A stretch of 64,000 nt of DNA, from contig CM022674.1 in NCBI GenBank assembly GCA_012295275.1, positions 6,758,001 through 6,822,000 on the forward strand, written 5' to 3'. The notes under the pieces were generated by a model that ran no database searches, was not told the origin of the DNA, and saw only the letters and a program-made list of their open reading frames with translations. Positions 46,486 through 64,000 of the stretch are shown one piece after another (the first letter of the stretch is position 1; every line of letters starts with the position of its first letter). Position numbers and translations under genes: made by a program. Origin of the DNA: Chrysomallon squamiferum. Its lineage: Eukaryota > Animalia > Mollusca.

Positions 46486-47326
46486 TATTAGCTGGAAAAA
46501 AACAACAACAGCGACAACGGCATTCATCATGATTATAATTGTAGTTGAGCCTGTCGGTTCTTCTATTACTACTGTGTAACTGTTTCTACTGATAATAATA
46601 GTATTTACTTGTTGTTACTACTTCTGCTTCGCAGCTGCGATTACTACTACAACAACACCAGCAATGAAAAAAACCCTGTTGCTGCTACTTCTGCTGCAAT
46701 GTCGACTATTATTATTTGTACTACTACAACTACTACTGCTACTAATGTTATTACATTACTATTATTATTGTTATTACTGCTGAGTAATAATAACAATAAT
46801 AATAACAGCAACAACGGTAATACAGACAGAAAGATGAAAATGAGACAACGAAAACTTAATCTGAGTCAATGATCTACAAATCAAATTATCTTGTTTTCTT
46901 AACAACTATCAGTGTTGTTGTTGCCATTATTAATATTATTATTATCATCATCATACGAAAACGAAATTATGTAAATAATAATAATAATATATGTATTTAT
47001 ATACCCCCCACACACACACCATACACCATATTTGGTGCTGTGTTTGTTTATGGCAGATGAAAAATATATACATGGCAAAAATATGCGTATATCCCTGTCT
47101 AGAGACCAGATTACCGTAAATCCTTAGTCACCTAGTCAGAGTCCGTACAAAACTGCAGTAGCTGAAGCTGCAAAGTCCTATTAATTTTTATCACAGGCTT
47201 CGAGAAAGAGATATGTTCGGAGCTGACCTCGAAAAATTATGAAACTGGATGCTTGCATAATCTCATTTGATATGTACATCTGTCTGTGTGTATAAATAAA
47301 CGATTTAAAAAATATATATATATATA

Positions 47327-47377
<51 letters not shown>

Positions 47378-48554
47378 CAACATTATTATTATCATTATTA
47401 TTGAGAATTAATAAATAAATAATCACTGGACAATGCTGTCACACTGCATTTCGCTTTTATTGACTTTTCCACTTCGCAATGAAACCAATGTCGTTAATTT
47501 TTCCGCGGATCCATTCTGATAGGCTATGTTACTTCATTATCTCCCTTGCCAGTTTACTTCCAAAAATGCAGGAAAATATCTCTCCAGCATTCGAGATTTT
47601 TAAAAAAATGTCGGGGTGGGGAGTATGCACCCGCATTTTCCTATCAACTCCGGCACTTTGGACCGCCGATTACGCAACCCCCCCCATATACATTTCTGCA
47701 TACGTGACAATACTACTAAGTAAAGCGAAACGAATGCGGTCTCCAGAAATAATGGTTTCCTTGTTCGACTTAAGTCTCCTAAAGTGTGCAATTTTCCTGG
47801 CGTCTAAAGTAAACAAATTTGCTATAAGGGAAAAAAAAAATAAAAAATTATTTACCTGTGTTGCTTGTGTCACCTGCGAATGATAAGAAATAAATAAACA
47901 ATTCGCTTCTTTGCGTATCAGTAGGTTCGTCGGGCAAGTGAACTAGACTTACAAAGGGCTTTTTCATTTCAAATATTAATGTTTTAATAGGGGCGTATTT
48001 GGATCGACAGATTTATTTAAATAAAAATAAGTAAATAAATAAATAAATAAATAATAGTAGTAGTAGTAGCAGTAGTAATAGTAGAGGTTGTGGTGGTAGT
48101 AGTAGTAGTTGTTGTAGAATTAAGCTTTAAGTATATTTTATAAAATAGTTTGCTTTGCTTTGCATGACTGTTTGTTTATTAACGGGTTTTTTTTTTTGTG
48201 TGTGTGTTTTGTTAATTTATTTAATTTATTTTATTAACTTATTTATTTATTTATTTTTAAATATTATTCATCGTGGGCAGCTTATATTTGATTCGTCCCT
48301 ACTGAAGTGTTGACATTTAACTTGATTTTGACTTTTTAAAGACTAGGATTTAATGTACGAACTTTATTCTTCTTTTGTTTCTGCTGTTCGTGTGTATCCA
48401 TGAATATTCTGCGGGAAATAACTCTGACGGAGTTTTGTGAGGACGTCGCAGGGATATGTTCCACTGGAGACGTCAAAACATCCTTTCTTTGCTGTTTTGC
48501 CGTTTGGTTTGTTATTCCATGATATACTTATTTAATAATAATTTTTGCTTTATA

Positions 48555-48668
<114 letters not shown>

Positions 48669-49248
48669 TTAATAGATTATGACGTTGAATTATTAAAAAA
48701 TATGCTATAGTCTCCCATTCGTCACATCTCGCAAAGCACCATGGGAAGGGAAATGAAAACGATGAGAACAGAAATGGGGCTGAGAAGACAACACCAGAGA
48801 AAGGAGATAACGGAAATCGCCAGTTCTCAGAGAGCGGTGAAGAATGGAGAAAACTGTAAAATAATATATACACATATATATAGAGAGAGAATAATAATAA
48901 AACAAAAAGTACATTTAAATAATGTTTATTTTACACATAAACGATACCGAATAATTTTAAAAACAACATTATTATATAATTCAGAAAGTAAAATTAATCA
49001 TTCTTAACTCATCGAGTACAATGCAATTTTTTGAGAAGTGGTTGGTAAGTTTTTTCACATTCCAGCTAATGCTCTTTTAACCATTTCGTCAGTCTGCAAA
49101 CTGACTGTTAACAATTTAAGATTGAATAACAATTAAACAGTACGTATTAACACAAAGACAGAAGACCAGTCAGTGTCGTCTGCTGTTGTTATATCTTACA
49201 GTTCAGTTCATCTGTCAAACTCATAATTTCTTCCTGATTTATTTTATT

Positions 49249-49279
<31 letters not shown>

Positions 49280-49445
49280 TATCTGTTACTCAAAATAATG
49301 CTATCAGTAATTTTAAAAGATGTGTTTTACAACAGAAAATAAAAAATCAAATAAAAAATGGGAAAACAACATAAAATGAAAACATATCACACAATCCGTC
49401 TTCTCAGACTTGACTTTTCTTCTCCATGTCATCACCGTCATTGTG

Positions 49446-49501
<56 letters not shown>

Positions 49502-49941
49502 AATCTTTATAACCATTATAGTTTGTATTATGTTATTGTCATTGTTATTATTATTGTTGTTGTTATATTATTATTATTATTATTACTATCATAATCTTTA
49601 TAATCATTATAGTTTGTATTATGTTATTGTCATTATTATTATTAATGTTGTTGTTGTTATATTATTATTATTATCATTGCTTTTCTTCATTTCCACACTA
49701 GCTATGCTGCACTATTACATTACAATATCACTAACCTATTTCTCTCTTCTTATTATTTTTTCTTTCGTTTTTTCCTGTTCTTCTTTTTAATTTAAAAAAT
49801 TAATAATAATAATTTTGATTTTTATTTATTTATTTTTGCGAGAGTGACGTTATGAGAGAAACCATCACTTTTTGGGTTTTTTTCTCTCGACTGAAAAACT
49901 CGCGATGTTAACTGTGCCTTGCGGATCTGTAGCGTACAATT

Positions 49942-52217
49942 CTAGAATCTCTCCCGGAAGTTCCGGCTGTCATGCGTGTGAGAGGAAGTAGCTCGATTTG
50001 TCTCCCTTGGATTTAATTCCCCTGCACTGTTCTTATTCGCTGATCGACTGATGTTCACCACATCGTCGACGACGTCGGAGTCAAGACTACTCTTGACTAA
50101 ATCATCGACATTAGCAGTGTCGTCGTTTTTGCCGAGGTCGTTGCCGTCGTTGGTTTGGATGTTTTCAACAGCGGGAGCATTTGAACTTTTGACTTTTGGC
50201 TCCTTGGGCTGGGAGGAAGTGCCAGGGTGGTGGGTGGAAGGTGTTTTTTTGCACCCCTCTGTATCCACCTCCACCTTGCACGATGATGCAAGATTTGGCT
50301 CGCTCTCCTTTTTGTTCATTTCCGACCGTCCATTCAGCCAGTACGTCTGCATAGCCTCTCCGTCCTGTAAAATACAGTTTGTTACAGATCATACTGAACG
50401 TGTGTTTTTATTAAACTGAATATACTTTATACCCGTACTCGGTCATTAACATAACCACGAGGACTGATGATAAATTGACTGAAGCCATGGGGGGGAGGGG
50501 GTGTCTTTGGTTAAGGATGAGGATGGACTGCTTGATTTTAAACAGATAAGAATACAAAAGTATCAGTTTCTTCTTGTTGTTTTTTTTCTTTCACATTTCC
50601 CCCTACTGTTTTGCTCGAATCTCTGAGAGCTCCCTGAGTCACATGTTCTTGATTAATGTACATGTTTATAATGGATTAATTAACGTCCGTAGAAGTTCGT
50701 AGAAATTTATATGCATTAATTAATGTCCGTAAAAGTTCGTAGAAATTATTAATTAATGTTCGTAGAAGTTTAATATGTTATAAATATACACTTGTATTAG
50801 CAAATTATTTAATAATAATAATAATACTAGCTGATCAAGTACAAGTATTATGATTATTATTAGTAGTAATAATGATAGTAATACTTGAAGTCATAGTAGT
50901 AATAGTGCCAGTGTTAGCAGTAGTAATAATGGTGATAACTGTAATAGAAGTAGTAGTAGAAGTAGTTGTGCTACGAATAATTATAGTATAAGTATTAGTA
51001 TAGTAATAGTAGTAGCAGTAGAAAGAACTAGGGTAGTACAAGTATTAGTGTAGTAGTAGTAGAAATAGAAAGAGTAGTAGAATAGTACAAGTATTAGTGT
51101 TTTGTAGTAGTAATAAAACGTATTCTTACCACAGTGACAGTTGAGTCTCTTTCGGACATGAGAAAGATTTTGTGATATTTCAGAGACTTGTACGCTTTAG
51201 TACTCAACTGTATCTTCCCTCCTGAATCAAGAACAATAATAACATTTTAAAATATTTGTTTGTTCATTTACATTATTCTGCTATCAGCGTTTTAAACTAC
51301 GCCATCCTTACATTAAGTATATTAAATACGATATAACAGACCATTACTCTGTGTGACGTCATGTTTAGTTGCGTGACGTAACACAACTATCCACTAAACA
51401 GTATTTTAATATATGTTATTATGTTAGTTATATTATATATCATTTACATTATGCAATGTAAAAGATAAATAAATATAAAAACAAATGAATTTAAAAAGCC
51501 CAGTAAAATTAAACAAATAAACGAATAAGTAAAAAAAAAATTAATTAATAACTTGAAATAAAAATGAAATAAAGTAAAATAATAAATAAATAAGTAAGTA
51601 AATAAATAGACTAATTACTTGTTTTGCTCTTCATAGTTTATTATACAATAAAAATATACTGTTTTTCTTTCTTCTTTTTCTAAAGATCTGTTCATTTTCT
51701 TTAATTAAATGTGAAAACCAGCACAGAACTCAAAACAAATAAAATTATTCATTTATTTATTTATTTATTTATTTTAAATAAAACATTTCAGAAGGTGGTA
51801 GCGAGCATAAAAGCGACTGCCAAAAGATTTATGAAAGTTCTATAATTATTACGTAACGCCATTATGACGTCACGTCACTAACCTATTCCACTGGTTTTCA
51901 TTACAGAGGCGATGATGACCGATCTTCCAAAAATACAGTATCGTGGCATCCGAATCCCAATCACACCAGCCATGCTTGACCCTGAATAAAACAACAGAAT
52001 CGTAATATATGTACATGAACAGTGTGTGTCTGTGTGTCTGTGTGTGTGTGAGTTTCATTAACATATGTTTAGTTACCTGTACTTATGCCAATTTTCATAT
52101 CCACGTGCCTATCCGTAATAGTAAACAAACTTCGTTTCCTACCCAGCTCAATGAAATCTAAGGCTAAGTGAGCGATTTCAGCTGAATGACAGTGTTCCGT
52201 CCTCCTAGGAAGACCTG

Positions 52218-52254
<37 letters not shown>

Positions 52255-55200
52255 CTTTGGAGCAGGAACGACATGAATGAATGAATGAATGAGCATTGTC
52301 GACATGAATGAATGAATCAATGAATTGTCAATGAATTATTATTATTATTATTGTTGTTGTTGTTGTTGTTGTTTGTGTTGTCGTTGTTGTTGTTGTTGTT
52401 GTTATTGTTATAGTTGTTGTTGTTATAAAGCACATAAATGTTATTCTCCATTAATATCAACAACTACTACTACACCTGACGCCAACATGTAGGAGTCGTT
52501 GATGGTCTCCACTTTGTACACGTCGTAGAGTGATACTTTATTGTCCAGCGTAACGTACAGGTTGTTCAACAAATCTACGATTTCCAGCGGTGTGTAGAGC
52601 GATGTCACCCGATTAAAGCCGACGATTTCCGAAAACATGATCGTCGTGTATTTGAAATACTCGGCATCAGTACTTTCGTTCTGTTTCAGTTTTTTCGCCA
52701 GTGCTAGGGGCACAGTCTGATGAAGCAGGGTGTCTGACTTTTTTAATTCTCTCTGAAGTTCTTTTGTTTTTGTGACCACTGCCTGTGCGTACTTCTGTAT
52801 TTCGCTGGTTTGAGCTTTTACGAAGTAGATGACGAGAGGACACATGAGGAAGACAACGAAAAGAAAAACGCCGTTAATCGTAAAGTTTCTGAAATTAATT
52901 TTTTTTTTTAAAAAGAAGAAAAAACAAGAATAATTAAACAAATAATTTTAAAGATGTAAAAATAAAAATAGAAAATAAACAAACTCTAGGTAAATATAAA
53001 CAAAGTTTGCAAACAAAATTCTCTTTTTCTTTTGTTTTATTGACTGTAAAATATAATAATGACGTCATTTTCTTCCAATAACAGAAATGACGTAATGACG
53101 TAATTTCCCTTTGACATACACTATGTCAGATACTATCATAATAATTTTCCTGTAATCTACTTATATCAATGACGTCATGTACTTATTTTACTGTTTCAAA
53201 TGATAATTACGTCACCTAATTGTGTTCACATTACACAATATAGCAGTGACGTCACATGTTTTATTTTTCCTGTAACGCTCATTCGTGATGTCACTTACGT
53301 GTTTTCCCTTTCAATAACGATCTCCGCCTCATCCTTGATCAACAGAGCAAGCTCTTGCTGTATCTGTAACAATGTGTCCAGATACAAAGTCATATTATCA
53401 AACCACCACTGGCCCCTAGGAACAGAAGGTGTATTGTTCAGCGAATGCCGAATCTCAAATCGGAACTTTTCGATAATTTCCGTCAAGTTCGTTCCGGTTT
53501 TCAGCATGCCCTTTTGGAAGATGCGGCCGACTTCTTTAGAATACAGCACTGCAGATCTGTAGTTGGATTTGAAGATGTTGACGTTTTTGTTGTATTCTTC
53601 GTAGATGGTCTTGTTGGGAAAACCGCCGTTGACGAAGTACACCACGCCGAGAGCTCGTTCAATACCTATTTGTTCCATGCCGGTAACGATTTTCTGATAG
53701 GACACCAGAATCTTCCATACGGACGCTGTGTTCGAGACGGTGATGGAGTCGTAGAGCCATTCAGCAAAAGGCTGTATCAGAGAATTGTAAAAAGCGATCT
53801 CCACGTAAATGTTAAAATTCTTTGGGTTCAGTAATTTTCTGTGTTTATTTAAAAACGTGTGAAATTTGGACTTGGAGTGAAACTCGGATGTCTCTTCCCT
53901 CTTGAGCGGCCAGCTGGTCAGCTGGTCAAGCGCCTGGTCAGTGAGGAGGTACTCGTTTCTGAGAAACGTCTTCGTCTGCGGACCCAGGATGCTGAGGTAC
54001 AAAACGGACATGTCGCGTTCTCGCTGGATGCTGTCGAGAAATATCCCAATACCAACACTGATGTGTACATTCATCTGAGTCTGAAACGTTTCGTAAATAT
54101 TAATACAGCGTTAAAACATGTCATGAATATTAATACAGCGTTAAAACATGTCATAAATATTAATACAGCATTAAAACATGTCATAAATATTAATACAGTA
54201 TTAAAACATGTCATAAATATTAATACAGTATTAAAACATGTCATAAATATTAATACTGTATTAAAACATTTCATAGATATTAATACAGCGTTAAAACATT
54301 TCATAAATATTAATACAGCATTAAAACATGTCATAAATATTAATACAGTATTAAAACATGTCATAAACATTAATACGGTATTAAAACATTTCATAAACAT
54401 TAATACAGCATTAAAACATTTCATAAATATTAATACGGCATTAAAACATTTCATAAATATTAATACGGTGTTAAAACATTTCATAAATATTAATACAGCA
54501 TTAAAACATTTCATAAATATTAATAGAGTATTAAAACATTTCATAAATATTAATACGGTGTTAAAACATTTCATAAATATTAATACAGCATTAAAACTAT
54601 TCATAAATATTAATACGGTGTTAAAACATGTCATAAATATTAATACAGTATTAAAACGTGTCATAAATATTAATACGGTGTTAAAACATTTCATAAATAT
54701 TAATACGGTGTTAAAACATGTCATAAATATTAATACAGTATTAAAACATTCATAAATATTAATACAGTATTAAAACATTTCATATATATTAATACGGTAT
54801 TAAAACATGTCATAAATATTAATACGGTATTAAAACATTTCATAAATATTAATACAGTATTAAAACGTCATAAATATAAATACAGTATTAAAACATGTCA
54901 TAAATATTAATACAGTAATAAAACAATGTCATAAATATTAATACAGAATTTAAACACTCCATAAATATTAATACGGTATTCAAATGTTTCATAAATATTA
55001 ATTGTGTATTTAAACAAAATATTTTATAAATACTTTCACAGTACTAAACATTTGTTTAATATTTACATAGTACTAAAACATTTCACAAATACTTATATAG
55101 TACTAAAACATTTCACAAACCTTACACATCACTAAAACATTTCACAAATACTTACACATCACTAAAACATTTCACAAATACTTACATAGTACTAAAACAT

Positions 55201-57993
55201 TTCTCAAATACTTACATAGTACTAAAACATTTCACAAATACTTACATAGTACTAAAACATTTCACAAATACTTATATAGTACTAAAACATTTCACAAATA
55301 CTTACACATCACTAAAACATTTCACAAATACTTACATAGTACTAAAACATTTCTCAAATACTTACATAGTACTAAGACATTTCACAAATACTTACACATC
55401 ACTAACACATTTCACAAATACTTTCACAGTATTAAAACACGAGTTTTTACACCAATCACAAATTACACGTCTTTATATCTATCACAAACAACGTGTTCTT
55501 ACATCTATCACAAACTACACATCTTTACATCTATCACAACAACGTGTTCTTACACCTATCACAAACTACACGTCTTTACATCTATCACAAACAACGTGTT
55601 CTTACATCTATCACAAACTACAAGTCTTTATATATCTATCACAAAAACGTATTCTTATATCTATCACAAACAACATATTCTTATATCTACCACAAACTAC
55701 TTGCTCTTAGATAGATCACAAACTACACGTCTTTACATGTATCACAAACAACGTGTTCTTACATCTATCACAAACTACAAGTCTTTATATATCTATCACA
55801 AAAACGTATTCTTATATCTATCACAAACAACATATTCTTATATCTACCACAAACTACTTGCTCTTAGATAGATCACAAACTACACGTCTTTACATGTATC
55901 ACAAACAACGTATTTTTACATCTATCACAAACTACGTGTTTTTACAAATTAAACGTCTTAACACCGATCACAAACAACGTTTTCTTACATCTATCACAAA
56001 CAACGTATTCTTACATCTATCACAAACTACTTGTTCTTAGATATATCACAAACTACACGTCTTTACATGTATCACAAACAACGTATTTTTACATCTATCA
56101 CAAACTACGTGTTTTTACAAATTAAACGTCTTAACACCGATCACAAACAACGTTTTCTTACATCTATCACAAACAACGTATTCTTACATCTATCACAAAC
56201 TACTTGTTCTTAGATATATCACAAACTACACGTCTTTACATGTATCACAAACAACGTATTTTTACATCTATCACAAACTACGTGTTTTTACATCTGTCAC
56301 AAACTACACGTCTTTACATCGATCACAAACAACGTGTTCTTACATCTAACACAAACTACGTGTTTTTACATCTGTCACAAACAACGTGTTCTTACATCTA
56401 ACACAAACTACGTGTTATTACATCTGTCAGAAACAACGTATTCTTACATCTAACACAAACTACAAGTCTCTACATCTATCACAAACAACGTGTTCTTACA
56501 TCTAACATAAACTAAAGGTCTTTACATCGATCACAAACAACGTGTTCTTACATCTATCACAAAATAGGTGTTCTTACATCTATCACAAACTATACGTCTT
56601 TAAATCTGTCACAAACTACACGTCTTTAAATCTGTCACAAACTATACGTCTTTACATCTAACACAAACTACGTGTTCTTACATCTATCACAAACTACACG
56701 TCTTTACATCTAACACAAACAACGTGTTCTTACATCTATCACAAACAAGGTGTTCATACATCTATCACAAACTATACGTCTTTAAATCTGTCACAAACTA
56801 CTCGTCTTTAAATCTGTCACAAACTATACGTCTTTACATCTAACACAAACTACGTGTTCTTACATCTATCACAAACTACACGTCTTTACATCTAACACAA
56901 ACAACGTATTTTTACATCTATCACAAACTACACGTCTTTACATCTAACACAAACTACGTGTTCTTACATCTATCACAAACTACGTGCTCTTACATCTAAC
57001 ACAAACCACACGTCTTTAAATCTGTCACAAACTATACGTCTTTACATCTAACACAAACTACGTGTTCTTACATCTATCACAAACTATACGTCTACACATC
57101 TAACACAAACTACGTGCTCTTACATCTACCATCTGCGACTTCGTCTTCATGCTCTCACAGACGTTGTACACGGTGAAACTCCACAGGATAAGAATTGGAA
57201 ACAGAATTAAAATGAGAATTTTTATAATTTGAAATCGTTTCCCAGTATCCGTTAAAACATCGCTGCGACACCAGCCAACTGAATGAATAAACGAATGAAA
57301 GAGCGAAGTAATTAATGAATGAACGAACGAATAAATGAACGAAATTATGGAAGAATGATGAGTTATTAATAACAGAAGGAACAGATCAACAAGTGAAAGG
57401 AAGGACAGTTGTATGAATGAATGAATGAATGAATTGGTGACAGAAAGAAAAAATGAATGAATGAATGAATGAATATAATCCAATATAAACAAAAATGATA
57501 TTATGGAATCACATGAAAAAAAAATGTATGAACTGATGAATTAATTCATTAATTTATGGATAAACAAACTAAAGAACAAATGAATCAAAAGACTGAATGA
57601 AAACGATATATGGATTAATTAAGAGACAGATGTATGCGTGGAAACTGACGAACAATGAGATTAAAGACTTAATATAAAGAAAAAAAAAAGTTGATAAAGG
57701 AATATGAAAGAAAAACGAATAGTTTATAAAAGAAAAATAGAAGAAACAGTTCTGATTTAATAATATCATTTATTTATTTATTTATTTATTTTAACGTCTC
57801 CTGATTCATAATCCATTTCCATCCAGTTGTGATCAGTGATCATGAATATATATATATAAAATAAGACAGAAACAGACTTACAAATAAAATCAGATCTCGT
57901 ATTGGGATTGGTAAACTCGATAATTTCTCGACTGTTCAAACTCGTGTTCTTCGAAAACCGAATCCGATTTGTACCACTGTGTTCTTCAGCCAT
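49942..57993 (-). CDS. NIT-domain transmembrane guanylate cyclase-like protein, paralogue A, ~737 aa, degenerate catalytic site
   Basis: Exons: 57993-57882, 57278-57124, 54080-53299, 52888-52476, 52214-52077, 51981-51883, 51221-51130, 50364-49942 (2214 nt). TM1 (IIKILILILFPILILWSF), NIT-like region (IQRERDMSVLYLS...GIERALG...WWFDNMTLYLDTL), TM2, signalling helix (KKSDTLLHQTVP), class III cyclase motifs (TIMFSEIVGF, YDVYKVETINDSYMLASG, MPRYCIFG, MQTYWL). Confidence 0.9.
54081..55440. repeat. 30-bp minisatellite (AAACATGTCATAAATATTAATACAGTATTA) grading into a related 30-bp unit (AAACATTTCACAAATACTTACATAGTACTA)
   Basis: Visible tandem array abutting the acceptor of NIT-GC A exon 3; it produces the spurious repeat ORFs 53859-54755(+) and 54071-54724(-). 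Confidence 0.95.
55450..57125. repeat. 26-27-bp minisatellite (CGTGTTCTTACATCTATCACAAACAA and variants) with higher-order duplications
   Basis: Tandem array running up to the donor of NIT-GC A exon 2; blocks of ~157 and ~173 bp are repeated. Confidence 0.95.
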
Positions 57994-58179
57994 TATGACG
58001 TCACACCAAATGAGTTGTTTCCCTTCCTGTCCTACTTTTCTCTGTTTCCCCTTCTGTTTCTTCTTTACCTTTTAATCTAAGAAATGATTGTTGTTTTAAT
58101 TCCAGTTTCTCTGCTAAAACATCATAACAACAATTAATAAAACAAGCAAAGGAGTAGGACAGAAAATATATGTACATTT

Positions 58180-58450
58180 ACCTTCTAAAATCTAAAAAGA
58201 CCACTGAATGAATGTCCGCCTTTTTTCATCTCTGAAAATGATTAGAACCTTCTAGAATGATAATAAACAAATTTTGCGTTTCTAAGGCAACAGACGTCGT
58301 ATTTAATTTCCATGGTCACGTTTTCTCAGTTTGGTTTGGACAGATCGTTAGCTGATTATCAAACTGCAGAATTTTCCAACATTTTATTTGTTATTATTTT
58401 TCGTACTTATCATTCGGCTGAGAAAGAAAAATAATCGAAATTGGTACGTT
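58180..58450. promoter_or_regulatory. Putative bidirectional promoter of the two NIT-GC paralogues, with an RFX X-box-like site
   Basis: Outward-facing splice donors (minus GAAG|GTAAAT at ~58181; plus TTG|GTACGT at 58444), and acceptors upstream of each ATG, imply non-coding first exons. GTTTCTAAGGCAAC at 58278-58291; weaker TTTCCATGGTCAC at ~58307-58319. Confidence 0.5.
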
Positions 58451-58704
58451 GTCTTCGTTTATCTCCCTCTCGCCATTTTGGTTTATTTAACTTTCTTTGA
58501 CACCCAGTAGCCGATGTATATATTTTTGTGCTGGGATGTCACTAAACATTCATTCATTCGTTTAATCTTCCTCAATGTCTTGTTATTTTTCATTGTGTCA
58601 CTCACTGACCCTAACTTTGTACGCCATTTTCTGTAAAAATGTTTACTACATTTGTTACGACTTTTTACTTTCTTTATTCTTTCTATACCTGTTTGGGTGT
58701 TTCT

Positions 58705-58758
<54 letters not shown>

Positions 58759-58838
58759 TCCATCTGTGTATGTGTGTGGATAGTTTATGTAGTTATGTGT
58801 ATATGTATTATACGTATGTGGACATTCATCAAAATCCA

Positions 58839-58918
<80 letters not shown>

Positions 58919-59390
58919 ATTATCTCTCTCTTGTAGGTTACATAGATTTCAGTCGGTGTTATCAACCATTCTCTGGGACGTAAACTGCTAAATTATAAAT
59001 TACGATAGAGGTTAAGTAGTGTGTTGTCGGTTTTAACATGAATTATTGCAAATATAATCACAGAAAACTGTAACTAAAACGAATCAGCTATGTCTTGTTT
59101 TTTTGGCTTTCTTTTTTCTTCTTCTTTTTTCTTTCTTTCTTTCTTTCTTTCTTTATTTATTTACTTATTTGTTTATTTGCTTGCTTGTTTTTAATTTATT
59201 TAATCGTATGTTCGTTTGTTTGTTTGTTTATTTACCTATCTATTTATTTATCTTTTTCTCCTTTATTTATTTATTTATTTATTCATTTATTCATTTTCTC
59301 CTTTATTTATTTTATTTTATTTTATTTTGTTCATTTGAGTAGGGTTCATTTGCAGATTTTCGTTAGTGAAATATCTGTCCTACTGACGAA

Positions 59391-63448
<4,058 letters not shown>

Positions 63449-64000
63449 GTGAGCAAAATATAATTTTTTTTTGATTGGGGAGGGTTGCTTATATATAAGT
63501 TATGTTTGGTTTGTTTTGTAGTTTTTTGGTTTTTTTGTTGTTTTTTTTTTAGTTTCGGTTTTTTTTTTTTTTTTTTTTTTTTTTCGTTTTTGGGGGTTTC
63601 TTTTGCTGTTGTTGTTATTAAGTTAACGTTATTATTCTTTTTAGTGGAAAGAGCTTTATTTATGTTATGTACGGTAAAATAGAACCGCGTAGCAACTGTG
63701 TTTCAGTAGACACATTTCTTTTCTATATCTAACTATAGATCAAATTATTAAAGTATTAATTTTTACATGTATAAAATAATAGCATCGTCTAGTCTCTAGT
63801 AATGAAAGACTGAAAACTATAAAGCAAAGACAAATCCTAAAATGATATGTATTAACAATTATATTAAAAGTAAATAAACTGCCTTTAAATGCCGATATAA
63901 ATATATAATTAGAAATAAAGAAACTACGCGATGAAACAAACTTTTAAATGTAGTTTTTAAATTTTAGAGTTATGTTAATCAGCTGTCGTATCTGCATATA

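Noticed and set aside
47479-47883. 134-aa ORF in the FMO-NIT-GC intergenic island
   Set aside because: No recognisable domain or splice context; likely a chance ORF in a TE-like sequence.
53859-54755. 298-aa ORF with (ININTVLKHF)n repeats and its antisense counterpart
   Set aside because: Translation of a stop-free 30-bp intronic minisatellite plus the antisense of a real exon; no independent gene signals.
55450-57125. CRISPR-like appearance of 26-30-bp repeats
   Set aside because: Units are head-to-tail without unique spacers, there are no cas genes, and the context is a eukaryotic intron.

Overview
AT-rich, microsatellite-dense animal genomic DNA with spliced genes; the gene content and repeat style suggest a lophotrochozoan, probably a mollusc (inference). 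I reconstructed five multi-exon genes by hand from splice signals and reading-frame continuity. (1) A DCX-EMAP/EML-family microtubule-associated protein (+, 21 coding exons, one U12-type intron). (2) A secreted arylsulfatase B/I/J-like sulfatase (-) with a GC-AG intron and a tandemly duplicated exon pair. (3) A flavin-containing monooxygenase (-) with a single-base frameshift. (4, 5) A head-to-head pair of TM-NIT-TM guanylate-cyclase-like paralogues; the second runs off the window end. Both have degenerate catalytic residues, show patchy near-identity suggesting gene conversion, and flank a short putative bidirectional promoter with an RFX X-box. A recurring oddity is that tandem repeats start exactly at exon/intron junctions and multiply splice signals. 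Most short ORFs in the supplied track are microsatellite artefacts.
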